A stretch of 64,000 bases of DNA from an uncultured Bdellovibrionales bacterium. GTDB taxonomy: Bacteria > Bdellovibrionota > UBA1018 > CAIPTA01. The DNA lies in NCBI GenBank assembly GCA_964612065.1, contig CAZTCD010000006.1:172-64171 (forward strand), read 5' to 3'. The translations under genes were made by a program, and so were the position numbers. Position 1 is the stretch's first letter, and each line of letters begins with the position of its first letter. The notes beneath the pieces were generated by a model that was given only the letters and a program-made list of their open reading frames with translations, was not told where the DNA came from and did not search any database. Of the stretch, positions 1 through 8,780 are shown one piece after another.

Positions 1-655
1 CTTCCTTCTGCTGTTCTTCGGATAGCTCCACCGGATTCTTGGCCTTATAGCCCAGCTCGGAAGTGGTCACCTTCCAGCCGGCCGAGGAGAGGGCGTTGGA
101 AACAGTATTGAGATCGGTGATCTCGGTATAGAAAACCGCGCCCGCTTTGGCGTCCTTCTCGAGATCGTCTTTGGGCATGGGCTCCACGTTCTGGGCTCCG
201 GCCTCGATCGCGGCTTCTTCGATATCTTTCTCTTCGGTGTGGGAGGCTTCCACGATCCCCACGCGATCGAACATCCAGGCCACGGCCCCAGCATTGCCGA
301 GCTGAGCTTTACGGAAGAGCACGCGGATATCGGAAGTGGTGCGGTTTTTATTGTCCGTGAGGCAATCGATGATCACCGGCACCTTGTGGGGCGCAAAGCC
401 TTCAAAGGTGAGGGTTTCGTAAGTAACTTTTTCATCAAGCAAGCCTGCGCCTTTTTTAATATTGCGCTCGATCGTATCGCGCGGCATGGATTGCTTTTTG
501 GCGGCTTCGATCGCGGCACGCAAGCGTGGGTTGGAGCCGGGGTCAGGGCCTCCGAGCTTCGCGGCCACGGAAATTTCCTTGGCGAGCTTGGAGAAGATGG
601 CGCCTTGCGCGGCGCTTTTGAGACTCTTACTAGCGGCTTTCCATTGTGCACCCAT
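1..655 (-). CDS. yebC: YebC/PmpR family probable transcriptional regulator, partial (3' end runs off the window)
   Basis: Reverse-strand translation from the ATG at about 655 reads MGAQWKAASKSLKSAAQGAIFSKLAKEISVAAKLGGPDPGSNPRLRAAIEAAKKQSMPRDTIERNIKKGAG..., which is typical of the YebC/TACO1 family. It is absent from the ORF track because there is no in-window stop. Confidence 0.7.
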   Translation of the reverse strand, partial: MGAQWKAASKSLKSAAQGAIFSKLAKEISVAAKLGGPDPGSNPRLRAAIEAAKKQSMPRDTIERNIKKGAGLLDEKVTYETLTFEGFAPHKVPVIIDCLTDNKNRTTSDIRVLFRKAQLGNAGAVAWMFDRVGIVEASHTEEKDIEEAAIEAGAQNVEPMPKDDLEKDAKAGAVFYTEITDLNTVSNALSSAGWKVTTSELGYKAKNPVELSEEQQKE

Positions 656-719
656 AGCTTATGGTTTTAGCAAAGGGAGCGGCCAAAGAGAAGGCTTGCT
701 CTCTGCGTTGCTGCGGCGC

Positions 720-1757
720 TCAAAGCCAGCGGCGCCGTTTTAGCTCCGAGAAAATCTGCTCTGCCTCTTTCCGGTGGCCTTCCTGATCCACGTGAGCAGG
801 GTCTGTCCAGTGCTTCCGGAGGGCGGGATCGTCGAAGGCGTGGCTGATGTCGAGGCAGTAGTTCAGGCGGCGGCAGGCGGCTCGAAGATCCGTGTAATAG
901 CGGGCCCATCGTTGCTGGTCCTCACGCACCCATGGCTCATTGCTGTCGAGACCCACTTTGGCCCGAGCCGCCACGAAACTTTCGGGTATGGTGCCGGAAA
1001 ACGGCTGGAGCACTACGAGAAACTTGAGGCCGAATTCCCGGGCCGTGGCCTGCATCATGCGCACATTGTGCTCCCAGCGCTCGGCGGCCGAGAAATGATC
1101 GGGATAGCCGAAGTCCACGCTGAAGAGAGAGTTGTTGGGGCCAACGCTGGCCCGGAGTGCGTAAAACATTCGGAAAAGGCCGGGCAGCAACGAGCCTTCC
1201 GCGTGCTGGGCGTGCATGGGGGAAAAGAGCTCGCTGGTAATGCCGCGGAGGGCGCCCATTCGTTCCGCTGATTGAGTATAGGAAAAAGTATTGTTTCCCG
1301 GAGCATTCAGCACGCCATCGTTGATTCCATCGAGCACGATCACGATATCGGGCCGGAGCGGAACCACATCGCGCTGGAGTTTGATCAGCTCCTGGGTGGA
1401 GTTGTAACCGGACACGCCGCCATTCCTGACCTGGCAGGCCCGCCTGCTGTTTGCTCCGCAAAGCCGGCCCAGCTGCCGCACCCAGTTTTCCGGCATGTAG
1501 AGGGAATCGGTGGTGGATCCTCCGAGCGCTATCAGGCTGAGTGGGCGCCCCTGCCCGAAAGAGTATTCCGTGAAGCTCGGGTTCTTCGACCATCCCAGAA
1601 ACGGATCCAGCACTCTCTGCTCGAAAAAGCTCTGGCGCACCTGATAGCTGTGGCCGAAAGCGGAAAAATAGGCCCGGGATCCAAGTTCGAGCAGGCCGAG
1701 CGTGAGCAGCAAAACTCCCGCGCAAAGCAGAACAACGAATTGCCAATTGCTTTTCAC
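720..1757 (-). CDS. SGNH/GDSL-family hydrolase with N-terminal TM/signal
   Basis: 345 aa. GGSTTD serine block, DGINDG block and the SGNH pattern are present, with an N-terminal hydrophobic segment. It overlaps murF by 4 bp (ATGA). Confidence 0.5.
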   Translation of the reverse strand: MKSNWQFVVLLCAGVLLLTLGLLELGSRAYFSAFGHSYQVRQSFFEQRVLDPFLGWSKNPSFTEYSFGQGRPLSLIALGGSTTDSLYMPENWVRQLGRLCGANSRRACQVRNGGVSGYNSTQELIKLQRDVVPLRPDIVIVLDGINDGVLNAPGNNTFSYTQSAERMGALRGITSELFSPMHAQHAEGSLLPGLFRMFYALRASVGPNNSLFSVDFGYPDHFSAAERWEHNVRMMQATAREFGLKFLVVLQPFSGTIPESFVAARAKVGLDSNEPWVREDQQRWARYYTDLRAACRRLNYCLDISHAFDDPALRKHWTDPAHVDQEGHRKEAEQIFSELKRRRWL

Positions 1758-3127
1758 TCGCGCAAGGCCTTCCAGATATTTTCCATCCGCATGCCGCGGG
1801 ATCCTTTGATCAAGATGCGATCGCCGGGCTTGGCGCTGGTGCGAAGATCAGAAGCCAGCTCTTCCTGGGAGGCGAAATGTTTCACGGAGCCGCTGAAGGC
1901 GCGCCCGCGCAGCTCTTCTTCCAGCATTTTCATTCTTGGCCCGAAGAGGAGCACGTGCTTCACTCCGTGGCGCAGGATCGGATCGGCGAGCCCCCGGTGC
2001 AGCTTTTCTTCGAGCTTTCCGAGTTCGAGCATATCGCCCAGGCACACCCAGGTATCGCCCGCGCTCTTTCCCGCAAAGAGCGTATCCAGCGCGGCCTCTA
2101 CCGAGGCGGGGTTGGCGTTGTAGGTGTCTGCCAGAACCTTGCAGCCCTTCCACTGGTGCACTTCACTCCGGCCTGGAGGGGGAGTGAACGTGGCGAGGCC
2201 TTTTCGCATCTCAGCCACGCTCAACCCGAGGGCGTGAGCGAGGGTGATTGCGCCGAGAAGGTTCATGGCGTTGTGTGCGCCCTCAAGTGGTACGCCGAAT
2301 TTTTCTTTGGTTTCTCCCAGCCCTTCCACTTCGATGAAGAGCTCCTCGCCTTCCACCACGATCCTGGCATGCACATCCGCCTGATTCTTGATTCCGTAAG
2401 CAACCCGCTGCGAGGGCTGAAGGTGGAGGCCGGCCTGGCGGGCGATACGCGCATCATCGAGATTCACGGCGGCGAGGCCTGCGCGCTTGGCGAGCACTTC
2501 GAAGAGCAGGCCCTCTTCCTTTTCCACATTGTCTTCGTCGATCAGCTTCTCGAGGTGCTCTGGACCGATCGACGTGAGGAGGCCCGCATCGGGGCTCACC
2601 AGCTCCAGGTGCTGGATCATCGATCCTGGCTCGTCGATCCCCACTTCGATCACTGCGGCGTCGTGAGTGGGGCGCAGGCGGAGGAGAGTGGTGGGCACGC
2701 CCTGGAATCCGTTTTGCGAAGCCTGGGTGTGCAGCACGTTTTTGTATTTCCCGCGGAAGATCGCGGCGAGGAATTCCTTGCTCGTGGTTTTGCCCGCGCT
2801 TCCGGCCACCGCCACCACCGGAAGAGCAAACTCGCGCCTCCAGGCGCCGGCGAGAGATCTCCAGGCGGCGAGGGTGTCGTGTACCGGAAAGGAAAGCATG
2901 CCTTCCGGGCAGGTGAAATCCTTCCGGTGCACCAGTGCTGTAGCGCCCGCGGCTTTGGCTTTCTCCACATGATCGTGGCCATCGCTGGTTTCGCCTTTCA
3001 GGGCCACGAAGAGAGAGCCTTTGGTGAGCTCGCGGGTGTCGGAGGAAATAAGGGAGATCGGAAGGAGGGGCCCTTGTTCCGGTTGGCCTAGGGCGCCGGC
3101 GATCCAATGCGAAGTAAGAAAGGTCAT
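1754..3127 (-). CDS. murF: UDP-N-acetylmuramoyl-tripeptide--D-alanyl-D-alanine ligase
   Basis: 457 aa with a Mur ligase domain architecture and a GSAGKTT P-loop. It stands alone rather than sitting in a dcw cluster. Confidence 0.8.
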   Translation of the reverse strand: MTFLTSHWIAGALGQPEQGPLLPISLISSDTRELTKGSLFVALKGETSDGHDHVEKAKAAGATALVHRKDFTCPEGMLSFPVHDTLAAWRSLAGAWRREFALPVVAVAGSAGKTTSKEFLAAIFRGKYKNVLHTQASQNGFQGVPTTLLRLRPTHDAAVIEVGIDEPGSMIQHLELVSPDAGLLTSIGPEHLEKLIDEDNVEKEEGLLFEVLAKRAGLAAVNLDDARIARQAGLHLQPSQRVAYGIKNQADVHARIVVEGEELFIEVEGLGETKEKFGVPLEGAHNAMNLLGAITLAHALGLSVAEMRKGLATFTPPPGRSEVHQWKGCKVLADTYNANPASVEAALDTLFAGKSAGDTWVCLGDMLELGKLEEKLHRGLADPILRHGVKHVLLFGPRMKMLEEELRGRAFSGSVKHFASQEELASDLRTSAKPGDRILIKGSRGMRMENIWKALRE

Positions 3128-3228
3128 CTTGGGATTGTAGGCTTTAAAGGGCGGTATAGGCCAGAAGGGGAGAAGGAGCCATAGCGAGGGGATTGGCGGC
3201 CTGGGAGGCGAGCAGAGCGTTAAAACGT

Positions 3229-3390
3229 ATGGTGCGCGGCTAATGGTTGATGGCTCAGAGAGCTCTAAATGAAGGGCACCTGAGCGATATCGCCGCCAGA
3301 GGGCTTCTGATGCAATCTAATGCAAAGTGTCTGATTATAAGGGGGAAAAGGAAATGGAGCTAACCCTGCCAACCATTAACCGTGCACAAT
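3229..3390. mobile_element. MITE-like miniature element carrying the terminal inverted repeats of the IS1595-like element at 21226..22501
   Basis: 3229-3249 reads atggtgcgcggctaatggttg and 3370-3390 reads caaccattaaccgtgcacaat. Each matches the IS IRs (attgtgcgcggctaatggttg and caaccattaaccgcgcacaat) with 1 mismatch. The interior is 162 bp and non-coding. Confidence 0.5.
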
Positions 3391-3613
3391 AAAAAAAAGA
3401 GGCTGCATTCACAGGGGGTGGTAAACCGCACTGATCCTGCAGCCGGAAAGATCAGATGACCGTTCCTCTTAAAGGATTACAATTCCACCTTTAAGAGGAG
3501 GGCCACCACAACCTTACTACTACTTGGATTACTCATGTTGGTGACCACCCCCTTTCTAGAACCGTCTAGGTCCTGTGAACATCTTAGCACCATGCAGAAA
3601 GAGCGAGCAAGGC

Positions 3614-4456
3614 ATGCCACGAAGTATTAACGCATTGATTTTACTTATCTTTTTGTGCTGCGCTGCGGCGTGCTCCTCGGGAGACGCCAAGAAAGACTAT
3701 GCGTGTCTGCACTGGTTTCCCGCCCAGGGAAAGCCCATCGGCGTAATGCTCGTAACGCACGGTTTGAATCTGCGTCCCTCCAAGATGGAAGAGCTGGCCC
3801 AGCGCTATTCCGAAGCTGGCTATGAAGTGCTGCGCCCGAGCTTCACCGGCCACTGTCGTGAGCCCGACGAACTGAAAGAGGTGCGTCCCTCCGCTTGGGA
3901 AAAAGACGCCCGCGAGTTTTACTCCTTGGCGCAGAAAAAAGCGGAGCAGCTCAAGGTGCCGCTTTATCTAACCGCCTATTCCTTCAGCGGCCTCGTCTAT
4001 CATTCGATGAGAAAAGAGCTTCCATTCAAAAAGCGCGTTTATCTCGCGCCGGCGCTGGAAACGAAGTTCTGGTATCCGTTCGCCATTTTCCTCATCGACT
4101 TCGTTCCTTCCTTCACCTTCCGCACCCAGATTCCCGCGGGCTACTACGCCCAGGAGTATTCCGGCTTCCGCTCCGTGCTCGCGATGAACCACTTCCTGCT
4201 TCAGTGGCAGAAAAACGAAAGCGAGCCCGATGATAGCCCCGTGCTGGTGTGGGCCCATCCGGGCGATGAGCTCGTGAGCGCCTCCGGCCTCCAGGAAATA
4301 GCAACGAAGAGAAAGTGGGATTTCCGCGAGCTTTCCATTGAGGGGTGCGGTTTATCCTCCTGCTACAAGCACCTGATCGTGGATTCCGGGGCTCTCGGAA
4401 AGCCGGAGTTTGACCGTTTGGTGAAAGGGTCTCTGGAATTTCTTGTGAAACCCTGA
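3614..4456 (+). CDS. alpha/beta-hydrolase-fold lipoprotein
   Basis: MPRSINALILLIFLCCAAACSS lipobox, then GVMLVTHG...AYSFSG, which reads as a nucleophile elbow. The track ORF starts at 3575, but the internal ATG at 3614 fits a signal peptide. Confidence 0.45.
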   Translation: MPRSINALILLIFLCCAAACSSGDAKKDYACLHWFPAQGKPIGVMLVTHGLNLRPSKMEELAQRYSEAGYEVLRPSFTGHCREPDELKEVRPSAWEKDAREFYSLAQKKAEQLKVPLYLTAYSFSGLVYHSMRKELPFKKRVYLAPALETKFWYPFAIFLIDFVPSFTFRTQIPAGYYAQEYSGFRSVLAMNHFLLQWQKNESEPDDSPVLVWAHPGDELVSASGLQEIATKRKWDFRELSIEGCGLSSCYKHLIVDSGALGKPEFDRLVKGSLEFLVKP

Positions 4457-4588
4457 CCACCCGCCTGCCCAAAATATCTTCATTCGTTCACGGGAACCCA
4501 ATTTTCGGGCCTCCACTTTCGCAATCTGAAACTCCCAAGAAAAGCGGGGCGGCCCTAAAATCCCTTTGTTTAGTGCAACCCCGAGAAA

Positions 4589-4846
4589 GTGAGCAAACAC
4601 GTGAAACACACTGTTCTTTTCCTTGGCCTATTTATTTCTGCTGCGTTCTCCGCAGGGGCCCATGCCGATCCCACCTGCCGCGACTACCCCGCCTTTCTCC
4701 AATGCGTGAAAGGCAAGCAAGGTACCTGGCCGGAATGCCGCGAGCGGCACTGTGAGGGCGGGGAAACCAGCCTGCGTGCTGATGGCCTCCAGGAAAGCGC
4801 GTTGGAGTGCGAACCGGGCAGCCAGTGCCAGACCATCATGGATTGA
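4589..4846 (+). CDS. small secreted cysteine-rich protein (hypothetical)
   Basis: 85 aa, with a GTG start at 4589 or 4601, signal peptide LFLGLFISAAFSAGAHA and 8 Cys in the mature part. Confidence 0.3.
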   Translation: MSKHVKHTVLFLGLFISAAFSAGAHADPTCRDYPAFLQCVKGKQGTWPECRERHCEGGETSLRADGLQESALECEPGSQCQTIMD

Positions 4847-4854
4847 GTGGCGTT

Positions 4855-5748
4855 TTATTTCGAGCTATCGCCGGTTTCGTCGAGCTTATAGCGGCGGCGG
4901 AATAGCCGGCTCATCTCAGCAATCTTGAGCATCATGAAGAAATCGAAGCAGTGGAAGTCCACGTCGAGAGCGGGCTCTCCGTAGAATTTCGCTCCCGCGA
5001 GGATATAGCTCTGGATGAGAGCTGGGATTTCTTTCTCCATGCTTTCATCAGGTTGTACGCGGGGAAGGATGCAGCGGTATTTTTCCGTGGGCATCACGTC
5101 GAGCTCGTCCACGGCCAGGCTCTTGGCCCGAAGGAGGGCCAGCAGGCGGGAGGCCACCACGGCGTCTACGGTATGCACCGAGGCGCATCCGAAAAGGTAG
5201 GCGGTATCGGTTTTGCGAATGTATTCCGCGATTCCCTTCCACAGCAGGTTGATAATGGCGCCCGTGCGGAATTCGGCATGGATGCAGGCGCGGCCGAGCT
5301 CGAGTTTCACCCCTGGCTGGGCCAGCACGCCGGTGAGGTCGAATTCACCCTGGGAGTAAAAACGATCGGAGAAGGTAGAGCAGATCATCCGGTAGGTGCC
5401 CACGATGCGGGCGCTCTTGCGATCGATGATGATGAGGTGGTCGCAGATGGAATCGAACTCGTCGAAATCGAGGAGAGTTTCGTGCTGGCGATCCTGGAGC
5501 TCGCGGTAAAAGATCTCGTGGCGGAGCTTGAGCACTTGGCGGAGCTCGAACGGGCTCTCAGCGGTTTTCAGCACGAAGCTGTCGGTTTGCTGGTGCACAT
5601 GCACTTTGGGCTGAAAGTTCTCGAGGGGGAATTTGCTTTTGCGGAGGGCGCGGGAGGCGCTGAAGTTCCGGAGGGCCGAAAGAGGGGAGCGGGCGGCGTT
5701 CAGCCGGCTCATTGGGCCGAGTTTCTTAGCACGCAGGGCTGACTTCAT
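4855..5748 (-). CDS. GNAT-fold N-acyltransferase (OlsB/putative-hemolysin Acetyltransf_5-like)
   Basis: 297 aa. Length and motifs resemble lyso-ornithine-lipid N-acyltransferase / acyl-HSL-synthase-like GNATs. Confidence 0.45.
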   Translation of the reverse strand: MKSALRAKKLGPMSRLNAARSPLSALRNFSASRALRKSKFPLENFQPKVHVHQQTDSFVLKTAESPFELRQVLKLRHEIFYRELQDRQHETLLDFDEFDSICDHLIIIDRKSARIVGTYRMICSTFSDRFYSQGEFDLTGVLAQPGVKLELGRACIHAEFRTGAIINLLWKGIAEYIRKTDTAYLFGCASVHTVDAVVASRLLALLRAKSLAVDELDVMPTEKYRCILPRVQPDESMEKEIPALIQSYILAGAKFYGEPALDVDFHCFDFFMMLKIAEMSRLFRRRYKLDETGDSSK

Positions 5749-5878
5749 ATGATAGTCTCCTTAACAAGCACAGGGTCTCATACGAATCGGAACCAAGCCG
5801 TCAGTGTTTTGTTTTGTCGGGACAAAGATCCACAAAACCGACTGAAAGCGGAGGGCATTCTGCCCTAAAGGTGACTCA

Positions 5879-6529
5879 ATGATCAAGGCAATAATTTTCG
5901 ACTTGGATGGCACCATAATCGACTCTGAGTCATTGAGTTTTAAGGCGATTTTGGATTGTGCGGCCCGCTGGGGGGTGCCGGTTACCAAAGAAGAAGCGGG
6001 TACAGTAGTGGGTCGCAAGTGGGACGAAGCCTTCGAAATCCTCTTCGCCCGGCATCAAATCCCGGTAAGCCGGGAAGAGGCTACGGCGCAGGTGATCGCC
6101 CATTTTCAGGATATCGTGCGCAAAGAAGTGCTCTTCGTGCCCAAGGTGAAAGAAGCCATCCTGGATTTTTCTCAGCATTTCCGCCTGGCCCTGGTTTCCG
6201 GCTCGCACAGGGCCGATGTGCTCTGGGCTCTCCAAAAACTGGGCGTGGATCATCTGTTTGAGCTGGTTTACGGGGCAGAGGACTATCCCCGGTCCAAGCC
6301 TGCTCCGGACGGCTATCTCAAGGCGCTCGGAAACCTGGAAGTGCTCGCCGAAGACACTGTCGTGTTCGAGGATTCGGTGCCTGGGCTGATGAGCGCCCAC
6401 GCCGCTGGCATCCGTTCCGTGGCCATCACCAGCACCAATCACTTCGGCCACGACCAAAGCCTCGCCGCGGAAAAAATCCGCGACTATGAAGGCGTGGACG
6501 CAGCCTGGGTGAAAAAGCGATTCGGGTAG
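5879..6529 (+). CDS. HAD-superfamily hydrolase (beta-phosphoglucomutase-like subfamily IA)
   Basis: IIFDLDGTIIDSE motif I, then S/T motif II and the K...D motifs. Confidence 0.7.
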   Translation: MIKAIIFDLDGTIIDSESLSFKAILDCAARWGVPVTKEEAGTVVGRKWDEAFEILFARHQIPVSREEATAQVIAHFQDIVRKEVLFVPKVKEAILDFSQHFRLALVSGSHRADVLWALQKLGVDHLFELVYGAEDYPRSKPAPDGYLKALGNLEVLAEDTVVFEDSVPGLMSAHAAGIRSVAITSTNHFGHDQSLAAEKIRDYEGVDAAWVKKRFG

Positions 6530-6539
6530 ATCCCAAGAC

Positions 6540-7646
6540 CTATAGCGAGAGCCGAAAGAACTGCCCGTACTCGTTGGCGTAGTCCTGCGAGATCATCCCA
6601 TATCCGGGGAGGGTTTTCCCTTCAATCACGGCTTCTGCTCCGAAGCCGGTGGTGCCCCAGGAGTTTTTGAAGAAGTAGACGCCCTTCCGCTGGAAGGTCT
6701 TGGTGGAGCCGTCGTCCATCTTCAGGCTGTATTCGATTTCGAGGTCGTCATCATAGCCCACGATCACCACGGAATGCCCGGCCGGCTTACTTCGGCTCTT
6801 GCTGCGATCGAGGGAGCCGCGCTCCGGATAGGTCACGGTTCCTTTTTCCCACAGGCCGAGATCTCTGCCGATCGTGAGCTCGTCGGCGAGCCGGTGGTTC
6901 CAGGCGCCATAGTAGAATTCGATATCGAGGGTGAGGGGAACTCCATAGCTCAGCGTTTCTTTGATCTCGTTGGTGCCCCAGACGATGCCGCTTTCGAAGC
7001 GGCCACGATCGCTGAAAAAGCGGGCGCGGTTTTCCTGGGCTTCCCGTCTGGCGGAAAGGAAGTCGGCATCCAGGGTGGAGAGCTCTTCGTCTTTCATCAA
7101 AAGGAGGGCCGGATCGCGGTGGCCGGTGAGGCAGTTGGCCAGCTTGCGGTCTTGGATGTGGCCGCAGCGCTCGCGGGCGATACCGTCGGAGAGGGATTTC
7201 CAGGTGGCTCCGATATAGGGCATCTTCTCTTCGGCGGGAGCGCCGTAGTCGTGCAGGGCGCGGAAGTTCGCGGGCGAGGTGGAGCCGTCGTCGGTGGCGT
7301 GCTGCGCGATGAGGTATTGCAGGTATTCTTCGGAAAGGTCCGGCGCACTTTCCAACTTCTCTTCCACCACCAGCATGCTTTCGAGCAGGGCAATGGCGGA
7401 AAAGATGGAGCAGGAACCGCGTGCGGCCTGGGTTTTCACTTCGCTCTGCTGGGCTATTACCGGCAGCACATCGCTTTTCTTGGGAAGATTGCTGCGCGAT
7501 CGGCCTTCCAGATCCACGCGTGGGTGAGCCAGCTGCTTATAAGGTGCGTCGAGAAAAGCCTCGCTGGCGAGAGCTTGGGAGAAAAGAGTGGGAGAAAGAG
7601 AGAGCGTGGCGAGCGCGAAAAGTTTCAGCAAAGTGGAGGCGTTCAT
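6540..7646 (-). CDS. secreted papain-like cysteine peptidase (family C1)
   Basis: Signal peptide MNASTLLKLFALATLSLSP. Q...GSCSIFS reads as the catalytic Cys box, AGHSVVIVGY as the His box, and KNSWG as the Asn-Ser-Trp-Gly box. The track ORF extends to 7958, but the SP-containing start is the ATG at about 7646. Confidence 0.65.
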   Translation of the reverse strand: MNASTLLKLFALATLSLSPTLFSQALASEAFLDAPYKQLAHPRVDLEGRSRSNLPKKSDVLPVIAQQSEVKTQAARGSCSIFSAIALLESMLVVEEKLESAPDLSEEYLQYLIAQHATDDGSTSPANFRALHDYGAPAEEKMPYIGATWKSLSDGIARERCGHIQDRKLANCLTGHRDPALLLMKDEELSTLDADFLSARREAQENRARFFSDRGRFESGIVWGTNEIKETLSYGVPLTLDIEFYYGAWNHRLADELTIGRDLGLWEKGTVTYPERGSLDRSKSRSKPAGHSVVIVGYDDDLEIEYSLKMDDGSTKTFQRKGVYFFKNSWGTTGFGAEAVIEGKTLPGYGMISQDYANEYGQFFRLSL

Positions 7647-7734
7647 ATTGGGGTTCCGGGGGCCAGGGGTTAAGGTAACGGGTGCCGCAGAAATACCGCG
7701 GCTTGGAAGCTGGCGCAAGGAGTCACGGGAAGCT

Positions 7735-8697
7735 ATGGGTTGGGCGATTGTTCGGTTCAAAGGAAAAAGCGGTTCAGATACCTGGGGTTGTGCAAAAGAC
7801 GCTTCGGTTTTCCCTCTCAGCACTTCCGCTGACAGCTTGCCGGATCTTTTGGCAATGGACCTGCCGGGCCTATGCGAGAAGGCGCTTTCCTCAGGAGAGG
7901 GTACTCCTCTTGGTGGGCTCGAACTCCTCTCTCCAGTAACGGCGCCCTGCCAGATCATCTGCCAGGGAAAGAATTATCTCGATCACCTGATCGAAACCGG
8001 CGTGAAGCCCAAGAACAAAGATTACAATCTCCTCTTCACGAAGAGCGATTCCTCTCTCGCGCCGGCGGTTGGTACTCTGTGGCGCCCCGAAGGCGTGCGC
8101 CTGCTCGACTATGAGCTTGAGCTGGGGCTCGTGATCAGGAAGGCGATCACCGGGCCTTTGGATATAAATGATTATAATTTGCATGAATACGTGGCCGGCC
8201 TCGTGATGGCCAACGATATCTCCGCTCGCGACGTGCAGATTCCCGAGCGGCAGTGGTTCCGGGGGAAAAGCTTCCGCGGTTTCTGCCCGGTGGGCCCGTT
8301 TTTCTACCTGATGGCCAAAGAAGATTTCGCCCGCCTCTATGATTTTCAGCTTACGCTCTCGGTTGGGGGCGCCGTGAGGCAGAAGGCCTCTACCTCCCAG
8401 CTGATGCACCGGCCTCCCGAAACGCTCTCGTTGATTTCGCGCTCCTTCGATCTGCGCCCGGGCGATCTTCTTCTCACCGGCACGCCCGGCGGGGTTTCGA
8501 TGCGAGTGAAGCCCAAGAGCTTCTGGCAGGAATTGCTGGACCTCCGGAAAACGGACAAGGAAAAGTTCGCGCGCTTTGTGGAGGAGCAGGCTGAGTCCGG
8601 GCGTTATCTCAAGGATTGGGACCGGATCGAGGCCAGAATCCGTACGCCGGGCGGAGAGATCGATCTCGGGGAGCAGCGCCTGGTGGTGCAGGGCTAG
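7735..8697 (+). CDS. fumarylacetoacetate hydrolase (FAH) family protein
   Basis: FAH-domain motifs (GKNY..H, ELELGLVI, PGDLLLTGTPGG). The internal ATG at 7735 avoids overlap with the convergent peptidase gene. Confidence 0.7.
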   Translation: MGWAIVRFKGKSGSDTWGCAKDASVFPLSTSADSLPDLLAMDLPGLCEKALSSGEGTPLGGLELLSPVTAPCQIICQGKNYLDHLIETGVKPKNKDYNLLFTKSDSSLAPAVGTLWRPEGVRLLDYELELGLVIRKAITGPLDINDYNLHEYVAGLVMANDISARDVQIPERQWFRGKSFRGFCPVGPFFYLMAKEDFARLYDFQLTLSVGGAVRQKASTSQLMHRPPETLSLISRSFDLRPGDLLLTGTPGGVSMRVKPKSFWQELLDLRKTDKEKFARFVEEQAESGRYLKDWDRIEARIRTPGGEIDLGEQRLVVQG

Positions 8698-8780
8698 GGC
8701 TTGCGGAAATCCTTTATCTGTAGTAAATTGCTCGGGAATTTTGTTGGCCCATTTACCTGAGTAATTACTGGTAGTTAATC

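Noticed and set aside
937-1746. 269-aa and 165-aa ORFs overlapping the SGNH hydrolase gene
   Set aside because: These are alternative-frame and antisense artefacts. The SGNH frame carries the conserved blocks.
1877-3091. 404-aa plus ORF (and 2454..3107 minus) overlapping murF
   Set aside because: They shadow murF on the other strand and in alternative frames, with no recognisable motifs.
7588-7734. N-terminal 49 codons of the track ORF for the FAH protein (GTG at 7588)
   Set aside because: This extension overlaps the convergent C1 peptidase gene. The internal ATG at 7735 gives a normal FAH N-terminus.
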